Below the pieces are notes generated by a model. The model was not told the origin of the DNA. It saw only the letters and a program-made list of their open reading frames with translations, and ran no database searches. Below are positions 39,748 to 52,660 of a stretch of DNA of 64,000 nt, piece by piece. The stretch spans positions 16,120,001-16,184,000 of the forward strand of contig NC_092672.1 of NCBI RefSeq assembly GCF_964355755.1, written 5' to 3'. A program made the translations under genes and the position numbers. Each line of letters opens with the position of its first letter. The stretch's first letter is position 1. Source of the DNA: Antedon mediterranea. Taxonomy: Eukaryota; Animalia; Echinodermata.

Positions 39748-40861
39748 CTGTAAAAAGCAAAATAGGATAAATTATATAACATAATCTGTATCTTTATTTC
39801 AAATGAAAACCCAAGTACAGTAAGAAAAGCAAAAAACACTGGAAAGATGCATTTGTCATTTCTAATGCAAGACTACTCTGTTCACAATGAACAGTATTTT
39901 CTGATCCTCAATTTATGCCTAAGCCTGTTTATGATGCGAGACTTCAAAACTGCTAATTGTTGTCACTGCAATGTTACTTGACACAAACACACTGACACGC
40001 CTGTTAATTAATTTTTTAATCTAGCAAATTGAAGTTGGTTTTATTAACACTTTGACTGCCAAACACGAAGGTCTTCGTGTTTGGAAACACATCGCTTGAC
40101 TGCCAAACACGAAGATCTTCGTGTTTCACGTTTTTTTACGAAATCCGGTAGATAGGTTAATTATTGGTATATACCAATGCCATAAATATGGACACTATAT
40201 TCGGTCTGGACCGTCAATATTTTACTATTTGAAAGTAACTAATCTCGACTGTAAAAATGGTACCTGTCGAAATAACATACACCGCGTATCACAGTAGCGC
40301 GTAGACCAATGGCTTGACGCATTGTGTACCGGTCGCGCGCTAGCTATGCCGCCGAAGAAAAGATTGTATAGCGCCGCTTTATAATCTTTGGCCGAAGCAT
40401 TACAAAGGTTTTGTGGATTGGCGCAGTTTGTTTTGTTATTTGAATAAAAAATAATGGAGTCATTTTCAATATGAAGTCTTTGTTAACTTTGAATCACAAT
40501 GACTACTAGTTACTCAAGGCAGAAAATAGGAAATAGTATGACGTCGCCCTCTATTTCATGTTTGGTGAGCAAGAGGTGACTTTTCTCCTAGTAAGGGCAG
40601 ATTGCCATAGTAACGGGCTGATTTTCTCAAAATTGTTCTTTGGGATAGTTCATAGCCTAGATAAATACAGATAGTTAAAAATACAATCTATAGGTTCTGG
40701 TGAAGAAACAGATGTAAGTTTATGATGCTTTATATTTAGATAATATAATCTTTTGTATCATTTAACTGTAGCCTACTAGCCTAGATAAATACAAATTACT
40801 GTTTGATGATTATTAATAAATAGCGCACTGTGCTAAATTGTCAGCTACCTAGCCTACAGAG

Positions 40862-41899
40862 GGGTGTCACGAAACCTAAGACCACGAAAGCTAAGACCCC
40901 CTAAGACCTAAGATCACGAAAGCCAAGACCTGAGATTACAAATATTTATCTTTCGCACCTGCCGTGTATTTTAACTCCCAACATTTATTCTGAATACCAA
41001 ACCTTAGAATTAGCACTTTATGAAAAAGAATTACATAAAAAGTAACAAATACATTTTTAAATTGATGATTTTACAGACGTTTTTCTCGCACACATACTGT
41101 TTGCGAATTTCGCATGACTAGCCCTACACTAACAGTAGGCCTACATCATGTTCAATGTTTTGGTTTCTATGGAACGTCAACAGAGCAAAAATTATATAGA
41201 GTGCTGAAAACTCTGTGGAGTCCATCCACAATGTAAGATTAAAATTGTAATAATAATAGTATAATCATGCTAGTACGAAGAAATAAATACTCGCAAATAA
41301 ATTTTAATTTATAAAATCATGATAAGTTTTTTTGTTTCGTTTTCCTTCTGTTTTTATACTTGTACTATTATTGTTGCTCTTTTGGCGCTTCATGCGCTTC
41401 ATAGAAACAAAAACATTGAGCATGAGGAGTCATACAGTATACAAAGAAAAACGTCTGTAAAAACATCAATTTAAAGGATTTATTTAATTGTTTTTATGTG
41501 TTTCTCCTTCTGAAAGTACTTATATAAGTCCTAATTTTAAAGTGTGATATTCAGAATAAAGTCAGTTAACAAATTTGGAGTCAAAATACAAGAAAGGCAG
41601 GTGCGAAAGAAAAACATCCTCTGAACCAACACAATGGAGTAAATATATACCAACAAACAACCAGTCAAGTTTGTTTGTTGTAAAGAAAAAATATACATTT
41701 ACTCAACGGGTGAAAATAATGTGAGTTTATCTATGTTTTGCGGTAGTATTTAATTATATTTATGGTAATAAATGAAACCTACTATGTCTAAAATTATGTA
41801 TGGATAAACAAGTATTGTTTTTAAGCTGTAGTATATCTTAGAATTTGCAATCTTAGGTCTTGGGTCTTAGCTTTCGTGGTCTTAGGTTTCGTGACACCC
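40862..41899. mobile_element. Inverted copy of the 29334 MULE-like family (10-bp TSD GCCTACAGAG)
   Basis: Same termini, exact 10-bp TSD, internal sequence reverse-complementary to 29334-30415. Confidence 0.85.
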
Positions 41900-41957
41900 G
41901 CCTACAGAGTACCGATCCAGGCCTGCCCTAGGCCTAGTGAAATGTCTAGAATTGTAG

Positions 41958-44104
41958 GAATACAGGTCAACCCGTACCCATGCCAACTCGTACCCACCAA
42001 CTCGTACCCAAATTTTGGCTTACTCGTACCCAAAATTTTGGCTGACCCGTACCCATCATTGGCTGACCCGTACCCATCATTGGCTGGCCCGTACCCAAGT
42101 TTAATGCTATTTAAAGTATATTTATATTACATTTAAACCCAGTTTTATTAAATTTTTAGATACCAATCATATGTTCGATATTATAATGGCAAAAACTATT
42201 GACCTAAAATGTATAATAATATGTACAGACTCGTACGTAAAAAGCACAGCTTTCATCGTATTTGCGTACGTCGTATTTGGTAAAGTTAATACTTGAGGGC
42301 GCTGTTTTATATGGCTCTGTGGAAGATGTCAGTGGTCGGCTGTGCTGCATTCTATTTTTTTTTCATTTATGAGTTATTAATCTATTATTTTCTACGAATA
42401 GTAGTACACGGAAATTGAAATACCCACTAGTCTGTGATGATGAAAACTTGAATTATTAAAAGTAAACATAAATATCTTTTATACATAATTTGTATTTTCA
42501 TTTTATTTTACAGATAATGAAGTAATGTGCTTTTTGAAAATCGTTTTAAAACGAATGGTTTTTGTTGTTTTGTTTTGCAAGTTTTGGAAAATATTAAACT
42601 GTTTTAACATTTCGAAAATATTTAATACATTTTTAAATAGTCACTCGTATTTTAAAATCACGAAACTATTTAAGTGGATACCAGCCTCATTGCTGCTATG
42701 AGCATTTAGTAGTAGATTAGATTATTGCCGTTTATCTAGTATACAATGACGGATGTGAGAGTAATAATAAAAGGTAACTACTGTACTAACCTCCAATAAT
42801 TTAACATTTAATTACAAACGACGACATTTGCTGTTATTACGTTTTCATTTTATAATGATTATTACTGTATTATTATGACTAAAAACCGAAATAAATACTA
42901 CTAAAACTTAAAAAAATCATCTTATCGCTGACAGATACGTAAGAACTCAGACACGTGTAGGTAGGCCTTCAGAACGTTTATATTATTTTAGTAAATAAGA
43001 TGACATCCGTTGCCATGGAAAAACGATCGTAGTTCATTTCATTTGTCTTATTTGACACATTATAGAATGCGTATTTTTTTTTAAAAAAGGGAATCCCTCG
43101 TCAGCAAAAACACGTAGCTGTTATAGAAGAAAATCTGCCAAAATGTTTAATTGCCTTAGGCTACAGTACGACAGTACGTGTATATGATCATTTCACTGAA
43201 TTATTAATAAATAAAATATATGGAAAATGATCATACGTCATTACTAAGTCGTCTCTTTGACGCCGGCCCTATAAATGCGTGTTTTTTATAATAAAAGGTT
43301 AATCCCGGTCAGAAAAAACACGTAACACGAAATCTACGAGTAATTCGACCCCATAGCCCGGCAGGCTTTTCGCTTAAAACAGGGTGTTGTTAATTCAACC
43401 AATTTTAAATATACCAAATACAATAGAAATAATTACTTGATCGAATGTAATCAGGGAAGATAATTAGAATAAAATAAAAGAATAAAAATTGATAAGTATA
43501 AAATTATACGTTGTTGGTACTTTACCTGGGCTTAATTGAATTGTAATACTAACTATACAACAGTTAAAATATTTTTTTATTAATTAATGTTCTCTTACGT
43601 AAATAAAAAAGACACATCAAACATACGTTTATAAAACTATAATACTAGATTTAAATAAATGTTAACAAATATATGCCTAATTAAACGAAGTCTACAATCA
43701 AATCAATGGTCATTTTTATTAGCACACATTTCACCGAGACCTGTATGTAAAATAAAAAAACAATTTAAATATAAAAATATTCATACGGCAAAAGCATACC
43801 ACTAGTTTTACGCCGATCAAATCATTACAAGTAATTATTCAAATTGGGTACGAGTAGGCCAAATAATGGGTACGAGTAAGCCAAAAATGGGTACGGGTAA
43901 GCCAAAAAATGGGTACGAGTAAGCCAAATACTTGGGTACGAGTAAGCCAAATATTTAGGTACGAGTTGGCATGGGTACGGGTTGGTTTGGGTACGGGTTA
44001 GCCAAAGTGGGTACGAGTTGACCAATTATTTGGGTACGGGTTAGCCAAGTTGGGTACGAGTTGGCATGGGTACGGGTTGGTTTGGGTACGGGTTGACCAG
44101 CACC
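41958..44104. mobile_element. Foldback DNA transposon, copy 2 of the 1022-3177 family (same orientation)
   Basis: Colinear over about 2.1 kb with identical termini GAATACAGGTCAACC / GGTTGACCAGCACC. Confidence 0.8.
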
Positions 44105-44250
44105 CAAATGTCTATACTGACTCAATTATACTATGTATAGGCCTAGATTGATTATGATTAACATTAATTCATTTGTCTGATTGCTACTTCGATTGACCAA
44201 GTAAGGCATATGATTTCGATCCAAGTCGGCCCTTAACCGTCTCGGCCAAA

Positions 44251-44486
44251 GTCAAGTCGGCCCCAAGTCAAGTCGGCCCCAAGTCAACTCGGCCTCAAGT
44301 CAACTCGGCCTCAAGTCAACTCGGCCTCAAGTCAACTCGGCCTCAAGTCAACTCGGCCTCAAGTCAACTCGGCCTCAAGTCAACTCGGCCTCAAGTCAAC
44401 TCGGCCTCAAGTCAACTCGGCCTCAAGTCAACTCGGCCTCAAGTCAACTCGGCCTCACGTCAACTCGGCCTCACGTCAACTCGGCC
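44251..44486. repeat. 16-bp tandem array GTCAACTCGGCCTCAA x15 (probable end of another foldback element)
   Basis: 15 units counted, no spacers. CAACTCG core is shared with the adjacent foldback family. No opposite end seen. Confidence 0.9.
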
Positions 44487-44627
44487 AAAAAATAATTGGT
44501 CAACTCGGCCCCGTTAAAGTATGAAACGCAAAAAGTGCAAATGAAGTGGATTGATAAAATAATATTTCTTCACAATTTTTTAACTATGAATAATTCTGAC
44601 TTTTAATGAATATTAATATTTAGACAA

Positions 44628-45673
44628 CTAGAGGGTGAGCTCGCTTCGCTCACTCCCCCTCTAGGAAGTGTAGACGATGGTTCTCGGAATGATAAAAATG
44701 TTCTCCTTGTACGTTTTCTGTCGGTTACCATTATTGAAAATGCTTGACATTCGTAAAACTAAAACTACTCTGTTTCACAGTGTTTTAGATGATTAATAAC
44801 ATTTTAAAGTATAGTGTTTATTGTTTGGTAGGGCCCTTTTGGGAGGCGGAGTTCATTGGAGGGAGGTGCTTATTCGAGGGATATATGTTAATTTTTTTAG
44901 TTTTAATAATATGGTAACATTTATAATCAAATGAAATCCTCTAATAGATATGAAAAGTGGTAAAAAAGAATAACAAATGCTTGGTAAATTGTAGATAACA
45001 GTGCGATGAATTCTACTACAAATAGTATAATGATTATTATTCAAAGTGATGTTTTATTGGAGAGGCGTTTATTCAAATAAATACCATCCTAATAATTATT
45101 AATACATTATTTAATTTAAACATCTTTTGAAACTAACTGCCGTGACAGAGTGGGCCCAAGAAAGAAGACATTACGCCTTGCAACATGGGCAGATATCTCG
45201 GTCCTAACGGGACACAGATAGCTTACAGTTATTCCTGCCAGCTTACTCAATAAAACTCAGCTATCGGGATTTCACTCGATTTTAAACGATTTTAAACAAA
45301 ATGTCTTATCATCAAATCTCCCTATGTAATTTTATAATACTATTCCCCACAATATATTCTGATTCTTTATGGCGTATATTTAATTTCATTTTATTAATTT
45401 GCAGTATAATTTTTATTTTTTAACTACTGTACCTTCACACATGCGCAGTCCGTTCCTAAAATAAACAAAAAACTGAAATGGCTATGACTAATGGCCAACT
45501 TAAGCTCCAGTCCTACTATCTGTTTTTTTCTTCTGTCTTCCAAAGGGACACTGTATTGATTGATGGAAAGTGCCTGTTTCCAGTCACCTTTAGGGTCAAA
45601 TCTATTATTTTAACTGCTCCCTTGTGTATAAAAGAGAGAAAATAGTTGAAACCAGTTTGTTGGAAGGTGAACT
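44628..45673 (-). mobile_element. Inverted copy of the 27735-28793 Helitron-like repeat
   Basis: Reverse-complement colinearity; the paralogous ORFs 28311 and 44853 share IRGFHLIINVTILLKLK. Confidence 0.65.
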
Positions 45674-45956
45674 CATTTCAGGTGGTATGATTTTTACTCG
45701 GGGTACCCGAGTCTAGGACTTACTCATTTTCTCCTCCTCCATCTGGACACTATTGAGTAAAAAGTGCGATTTTTAAAGTACTACTCCTCCATATTAGTTG
45801 TAGTATTGAGCTGGGATTTGGCATGAATATACTACAGGGACATGTCCTCAAAGCTATAGAGCCGGATTTTTAATTTTTTGTTAATTAATTTGTTTAATTA
45901 AGAAGCCACAATGTGTGACACACACCACAGCGTTATGTAGTTATATGGTTATATGC

Positions 45957-46028
45957 GGCTTCTTGGCGTAGTGGTTATCACGTTTGCTTAACACGCAGAA
46001 GGTACCTGGTTCGAGCCCGGACGAAACC
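45957..46028 (+). pseudogene. tRNA-Val(AAC)-like copy
   Basis: A-box TGGCGTAGTGG, anticodon loop TTAACAC, intact B-box GGTTCGAGCCC; acceptor stem mismatched. Confidence 0.75.
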
Positions 46029-46244
46029 TTTTTTTTTAAACTTTATGGTGCAAAGTACTGTATACGCAATATGATAATTATACACAGTATATCTTATTTT
46101 TATTATTTTTTTAAATACTTATTTTGTGTAATCGGTAATTATCACTTTTACACATGTTTATTTTTCTTTGTGCTTATTACCATATTTATTTGTAATTTAA
46201 ATGGATTAAAAAACTTTCTGTAACCCACATTTTTAGTGTAAGTG

Positions 46245-46315
46245 GGTTTCGTAGTGTAGTGATTGTCAAGTCTGCTTAACACGCAGAAGGTCCCGGTTAG
46301 AGCCCTGGCGAAACC
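46245..46315 (+). pseudogene. tRNA-Val(AAC)-like copy
   Basis: Perfect acceptor stem GGTTTCG/CGAAACC and anticodon stem TCTGC/GCAGA, but mutated D-arm and B-box (GGTTAGAG). Confidence 0.75.
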
Positions 46316-46466
46316 TATTTTTCTTTAACTTTAACTGTATACGTCTGTATACAGCTTCTTTCTCTGTACCCCGAGTATTGCACATTCGTGCTTTTTTGTT
46401 AATTAATTTGTTTAATTAGGAAGCCACAATGTGTGACACACACCACAGCGCTATGTAGTTATATGC

Positions 46467-46541
46467 GGCTTGTTGGCGTAGTGGTTATCACGTTTACTTA
46501 AAAACACGCAGAAGGTACCTGGTTCGAGCCCGGGCGAAACA
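46467..46541 (+). pseudogene. tRNA-Val-like copy with expanded anticodon loop
   Basis: Same body; loop TTAAAAACAC. Confidence 0.7.
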
Positions 46542-46576
46542 TTTTTTTTTTAACTTTATGGTGAAAAGTAGTGTAT

Positions 46577-46975
46577 AAGATAAGATAAGATAAGATAACT
46601 TTTATTGATCCTCAAAAAGGAAATTCATTGCTCATCATAATAACAAAGAACACACAATAAAAACAAATATAGCATAAAACCATTCTTATAAAAACATCTA
46701 AAAAATTACAAGATAAAATTATCTTCTTGACTTCCTGTATGATACCGGAGGGAATAAAGGATTTAGCAAATCGATTTGTTTTCACACTGAGGAGCCTCAA
46801 TCTACCACTTGGATTAAGTTGGTCTATGATTACTTTGTGGAGAGGATGAGAGGCATCCGACTCAACGCGTTCGAAATCTTTCTGGAGGTGTTCTAGGTGC
46901 ACATCGGTAAAGGAAGGCAGTTCCAGACCAATCATTTTACCAGCCCGACGGATGAAAGTTTCAAGGCGTCCTTTA
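46577..46975 (-). mobile_element. 5'-truncated Rex1/Babar-like LINE 3' end with (CTTAT)n tail
   Basis: D.SHPLH..SGRLR...KTNRF..SFIP motif; 3' UTR AATTTCC..GGATCAATAAAG. Interrupts the tRNA spacer. Confidence 0.75.
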
Positions 46976-47380
46976 CGCAATATGATAATTATACACAGTA
47001 TATCTTATTTTTATTATTTTTTTTGAGCTCGGATTTAGCATGAATATACTACAGGGACATGTCCTCAAAGCTATAGAGCCGGATTTTTTAATTTCATACC
47101 GGATGCAGCCATATCACGTCTCGAAGATGGTACCGTATAGCCGTATTTGGTAGAGCGGTTATTGATGTGTATGTTACGTTACATCCGGTCTTTACGTCAT
47201 TACAGCTTCTTTCGCTGTACCCCGAGTATTGCACATTCGTGCTTGTTTAATGTCCTGAAATACCCTGAAAACGCTATGTTATTTTTGTTAGTTACAATCA
47301 GCTAGTCACAACTAAAGCAACGAAAATCGTCTATATTAAAAGACCTCTAAATCTTTGCTGGGATATAATCCAATATTATA

Positions 47381-49730
47381 GGGTGTTGTCAGTAAGGCTG
47401 CAGGGCAGACCCATGAACATTACACTCTTGCAGTTATACGCCCCAACAAGTACTGCAACTCAAGAGGAAGCTGATGAGTTTTATGAAACTGTAAAACAAA
47501 CATTAGATGGAATACCAACCAGTGACATGCTTGTCCTGATTGGGGATTTTAATGCAAAGATAGGAGAAGGGATTGAAACAGGAGAGGAATTCAGCACAGG
47601 AAGTTTTGGATTAGGCATAAGAAATGAGAGAGGTGAATCTGTTGATCTTTTGCTACCGAGAACGATCTGATAGTATGTAACACATTATTCAAACAGCACA
47701 ACGACGTCTGCATACATGGACTTCTCCTGATGGAAGAACTCGTAATCAGATAGATTTCATCTTGGTGCGCAGAAGTACAAGAACAAGTGTAACAAACACT
47801 CGCACGTTCCTAGGGGCAGACTGTGGTTCAGATCACCAATTACTATGTATGGGCGTCCGGTGCAAAGTGAAAGTTAGAAGAAGGGACAAACCAGTTGTGC
47901 AGAATACAGGGAGGCAACAGCTGAAATCCAAAGACAAGAAGCAACATTTACTGGAGAAGTATGAAACAATAGAATCACACCATAGAGCAGGTAACAGCAA
48001 GGCAATGTATGCAGAGATTAAGCAATTGACTAGATAAGTTCACTCCCCAATTATCTGTCATCAAGAACAAGGAAAGAACCTCACTGAAATAGCCGACATC
48101 CTAGGTCGATGGCAGGAATACTGCAGAGAACTCTATACCGATGAGCACAAGGCTGACGAAGAGAGTGAAACCAACAAAGATAGAGAAGCCACTGAAGATG
48201 CTGATCTGACCCCATTAAGATCTGAAGTAGCACAGGCAATGAGGTACCTGAAGCGTGGTAAGGCACCAGGGTGTGATGAACTCCCGGCAGAACTAATACT
48301 TGAGGGAGGAGAAGCTGCAGTGTCGCTAATGCATAAGTTATGTGTAAAGATCTGGCAGACAACAGAATGGCCAGTAGACTGGTGCAGAGCCCTATTTGTT
48401 CCACTTCCAAAGAAAGGAGACCTTCAGCTATGTGGGAATTATAGAACCATATCACTTATATGCCATGCAAGCAAGATCATGCTTAAAATCAATCTTGGCA
48501 GAATGCCAAGGATACTGAGTGAAGAGATATCTGCATCACAAGCGGGATATATGAAACATCGTGGAACTCGTGATCACATCTTCAACCTTCAGATGCTGAT
48601 TCGCAAATGTCTGGAAATGCAGCAAGATTTGTTCATCTGTTTTGTAGGGTACTCAAAAGCTTTATAACCAACTCTGGTCCATCATGATGAAGATGAAGAT
48701 GGGGTTTCCAGCACATGTGATAGAGTTAATTAGAAAACTTGACCAAGATCAGCAATCAGCAGTAAGGCTTGAGTGTGGAAAAACTGATTGGTTTACCATT
48801 GAGAAGGGCGTCCTACAGGGCTGCATTCTTTCTCCAGCTCTGTTCAACATTTATACAGAAGACATAATGCGAGAAGCTATGACAGAAGAACGGTCTGAAA
48901 GTTATGATCTGCTACACGTTGGAGGGAAAACTTTGGGTGACCTAAGATATGCAGACGATGCTGCATTGATGTAAAAGTCAAGACCTGGCCTCAGCAGATT
49001 TGTTGACTCAGTGAATGAAGAAGGCGTATCTCATGGTCTAAAAATGAATGCGAAAAAGACCAAAGTCATGACTGTTTCTTGGCAAGTGGCAAATGAAAAC
49101 AAGCAGAGCATAGAAATAAGAGGATCCGCATTGGAGGAGGTTGACAATTTCATGTACCTTGGTGCCAGGATACAAGAAGATGGAGATAACACCTAAGAAA
49201 TCAGAAGCAGATTGGCCATGGGATTGCAAGCTCTCACTGGGATGAAAAAGCTGTGGTGTGGACAAGACAAAGTGACCAAGTTGCGCATTCTCAAAGCATG
49301 TGTCTTTCCAGTGGCCACATATGCCTGCGAGACCTGGGTACTGCGCAAGAGGGATGAAAAATTCATCACAGCCTTTGAAAACAAATGCTACCAAAGGATC
49401 TTGCGAGTCCCATGGACTCAACACCGCACAAATTATAGCATAAGAAAGGAGCTTACAGTATCAAATGATTGGTTGCTGCAGTATATTAAAAAACATAAAT
49501 TGTGCTATTTTGGTCATATTAAGATGGCAAGATGGAATGGAGAAGAGAGTGTTGGAGGCTTATATTCCAGGGAAGAGAAGAAGAGGAAGACCAAGATGCA
49601 AATGGGAAAAGACTATAACAGATGTGTTTGGCTCTATGGAGCAAGCAGGTAGGATGACAGAGGACAGGAAACGGTTTCAGAATGCTGTTAGAGAAGCCAC
49701 GCTCTGATCAGAGTTTGCTTTGACGACGAC
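47381..49730 (+). mobile_element. RTE-clade LINE, pseudogenised (APE endonuclease + RT)
   Basis: QLYAPT, GDFNAKIG, FGLGIRNERGE, GADCGSDHQLL, NYRTISLICHASKI, QGCILSP, LRYADD, YACETW, RRRGRP motifs; stops, frameshifts and deletions; (GAC)n tail. Confidence 0.92.
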
Positions 49731-50798
49731 GAGGCTTAGATTTATTACAAGTACTTTACTTTATTAGGCCTAGTATTTAGTAAAGTCAGACTTGACTCTT
49801 GCTGCGGGAAGAGAGTGTACGGCAATTATTAGAGCATAATGTAAAATGTTTAAAATTCTTTGGTATATTTCTACATAACATATTTAGATTGAATACTTGC
49901 TTTATAAATTTTTCATTTATTAGACCACTTTAATAAGTTGTTAATTGAATTGAATATTCTACGAGAAACCAACAAAGTACAAATTATTTTCCGACATTGG
50001 TCTCTCGTCTGATGTACACTGTAAACAACAACGTTTGGTAAATGGTACGATCCACTTCGAAGTTGTCCATATTTTCAAGTATTTGACATAGGCAAGGTTC
50101 GTGTAAAATCAGAATTTCAAAAATAATAATTTTAATAACAGTATGAGTATATTATAACAGTTTGTATCTTAAAAAAACAACCGATACTTAATGTTGTTTT
50201 TTCCACAAAAATATTACCCCATTTACTACACTGTACTCTTCTACTGTTAATTGAACCATGTGATTGACCTCATACGATCATGCTTTTTTACGTAGCATAG
50301 TCATGTACTGTATATAATCATAACCGATATAATTATTATGTATCTAATGAACAGTATAAATGTTTAAACAAAATAAATAAACTGCATCAAAACGATTGTT
50401 TTTGTATGCCCTGGAAAAAGTCAACAGAAACAATCTCTTCAAATTCGCAGCGAGAGCTGATGAGAAAACTATGTGCTTGCTGCGTGATGTCATATCGCCC
50501 AAAGTTTCGTAAATCTAGGGTTGATGACCACCAACATAACAAAGATCGTAGATGCGTGTCTATGCGGCTAGTGAGATAGTAGTGATATAGTAGTCTAGCG
50601 GTTTGCTTGACTCGGAATTTGAAGATATTAATTTTACCATGACTTTGAAGCTGTTCATGTGAATTTTAAACGTATATTTTACTGGTTTTTTTTTATGTTA
50701 ATTAATATATACTAGTTCAAATAATTTCATTTGGCTTCGTATGATTATTTTTTTGATGAAGTTTCTTTTTCTCCAAGCCAAAAAGGTATTGTTACATA

Positions 50799-51571
50799 CC
50801 ACTACCTTTCATCGTCGGTCATCGTCAGGTGAATGAGCTAGCCGAAGCTAGTTCGTATCATCAGTAGGAATTCTCCGATGACGTGCGCCCTCTGTGGTGT
50901 TAAGAGGTCTTTTCTGGGGGGCCCCGGGTTCTCTCTGTTGGTGTAGAAGGTCATCATAGATATGTGACAGCTCGTATGCTCCTTCGTCTCTATTCATGGT
51001 GCGTTTCTTACTTCTTATCCAAATGGCTCTGGCTGACTCCTTGTCCAAGATCTTAGTATTATCCCAATCTGGTATGTGGTTGTTGATTACCATGTGATCC
51101 GTAATAGCAGACTTATGGATCGTTGTAGATGTTGAAGCACGGGCTGCTCTGGTATGGACATCTCCTGCTGTGTTTGTGATGATGTCTATTTTGTGTTCGG
51201 ATAGTCTTGTTTGAAATGGCCTGCCTGTTTCTCCTACATATATAGCACTGCAATTACTGCATCCGACCTGGTACACTACTCCGCTTGTCTGCTCATTCCT
51301 GATTTTATCCTTCGGATGGACCAGCATCTCCCGAATTTTGTTGAAAGGCTTGTAGTAGGCATTGATGGGATGTTTTTATAGCATAGTTCTTTTTATCCTT
51401 TCAGATAGGCCTGTAACATAAGGGATGCAGACGTTCCCTCTTGCTTTAGATTGGTCATCTCTCTTCTCATTTATTCTCCAGTTGTTTCTTTTTCCTTTGT
51501 TCTTTTACTCTTTTGATGGACCAATCCGGGTAGTTGCATGCTTTTAGGGCTTTTTGTATGGTGTTCTGTTC
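50799..51571 (-). mobile_element. Penelope-like element 3' fragment (GIY-YIG endonuclease)
   Basis: IPYVTGLSE and VVYQVGCSNCSAIYVGETGRPFQTRLSEH...MNRDEG motifs. Confidence 0.88.
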
Positions 51572-51694
51572 TATGTAACAATACTTTTTTGGCTTAGAAA
51601 AAAAGAAACGTCATCAAAAAATAATATATACTTTGTATTATTTGTTGAAGATAAACAAAGTCAGTAATCTAAAGATAAAAAGGGCTCATATTAT

Positions 51695-52311
51695 CAGGCC
51701 CGTATCCAGGGGGGGTGCGTTGGGTGCAGACGCACCCCACCAAGTCCCAAAAGGTCCACTATTTCCTCGGTTGGTATTTTTTCTTGTCTTGTTTAACTAA
51801 AGACAATATCATTATATATATACAAAATTTACATTATCAATGGTATACAAACAAAAATATGCTAATATAAAATGAAAAAATACCGGTAATTAAATTACGG
51901 AATCTGAACTGACTACAAACTCGATGTAAAACATGCGCAGTCGATCATGTGACGACAAGCAATAGCTTAGCGCTTCATGTACGCGGTACAGTGTTTGCTG
52001 GAAATACAGACAACTTAACCGGCGGTAAAGACGTGTCTGGAAATACAGCGCCTAAACAAGGGAAGGCCAACTCAGACAGCATCGTACGACGCTGTCTGAG
52101 TTGGCCTCATCATGAAAGCGTTAAGTTCTGGTGTCCATCGTTCAACTAGCCCAAGCCACAACAGAGAGTCTTAAATCAGTCTTTAGAACGTCAAATAACG
52201 CAAATTTTGCCAGGGCCTTCGGCCCCTGGACCCTAACCGGGGGCCCTTGCCCCCAGCCATTTTTGCTCGCTTCGCTCGCACCCCCCATTATAAATGCTGC
52301 ATACGGGCCTG
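51695..52311. mobile_element. hAT-like MITE (TIR CAGGCCCGTAT)
   Basis: Inverted termini CAGGCCCGTATCCAG / CTGCATACGGGCCTG and GGGGTGCG subterminal motifs; TSD not clean. Confidence 0.6.
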
Positions 52312-52584
52312 CTTATGTACGTCGTATCATTGATTTCAATTGTTGTTATAAAACATTCACACTTTGCTGGTCAAGGTCAGCACACTCGATCGCTTGATAA
52401 ACACTCCAGAAACTCTCCACAAACACTCTAGAAAAACAGCAGAAAACACTAGTGGGAATGTCGAAAGTCCTCTGACCAATACTGTAAAGTGAGCTCAAGA
52501 AACTTAATGAAAATGTATTCGTCTGTTTGTCCGCGTTTCCATGCAGAACAACCACATTACTACCAATTGTCATGTAAGACTTAC

Positions 52585-52660
52585 CACACAGTGAAATAAT
52601 GCTACCACTGTCTTCATGTACAAACTTCCGAGTAACTGCTTCTTCCATAATTTTTTTAAC
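52585..52660 (-). CDS. SGSM1/2: SGSM1/2 (RUTBC) exon, N-terminal region leading into RUN domain ([25 protein letters not shown])
   Basis: Peptide nearly matches the vertebrate SGSM motif [24 protein letters not shown]. Acceptor tttacag, donor gtaag; 76 bp, ends phase 1. Upstream first exon not recognised in the window. Confidence 0.93.

Larger units (their letters stand above)
45691..47248 (+). mobile_element. Helentron-associated (HINE-like) composite with three tRNA-Val-like copies
   Basis: Starts TTTT-TACTCGGGGTAC (subTIR) with adjacent inverted CCGAGT. GTACCCCGAGTA + hairpin GCACATTCGTGC + T-tract occurs at ~46367-46397 and ~47217-47248. Confidence 0.7.

Noticed and set aside
40044-40110. 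piggyBac-like left end TTAA-CACTTTGACTGCC
   Set aside because: No matching right end found, so the element cannot be delimited.
44251-44486. Possible CRISPR array
   Set aside because: Head-to-tail 16-mers with no unique spacers, no cas genes, eukaryotic intron context.
45957-46541. Functional tRNA-Val gene cluster
   Set aside because: Every copy has stem or B-box defects; treated as repeat-borne pseudogenes pending tRNAscan-SE scores.
50800-50870. Hammerhead ribozyme in the Penelope 3' region (CTGATGA/CTGACGA..GAAA on minus strand)
   Set aside because: No complete stem II or stem III could be formed; probably truncated.
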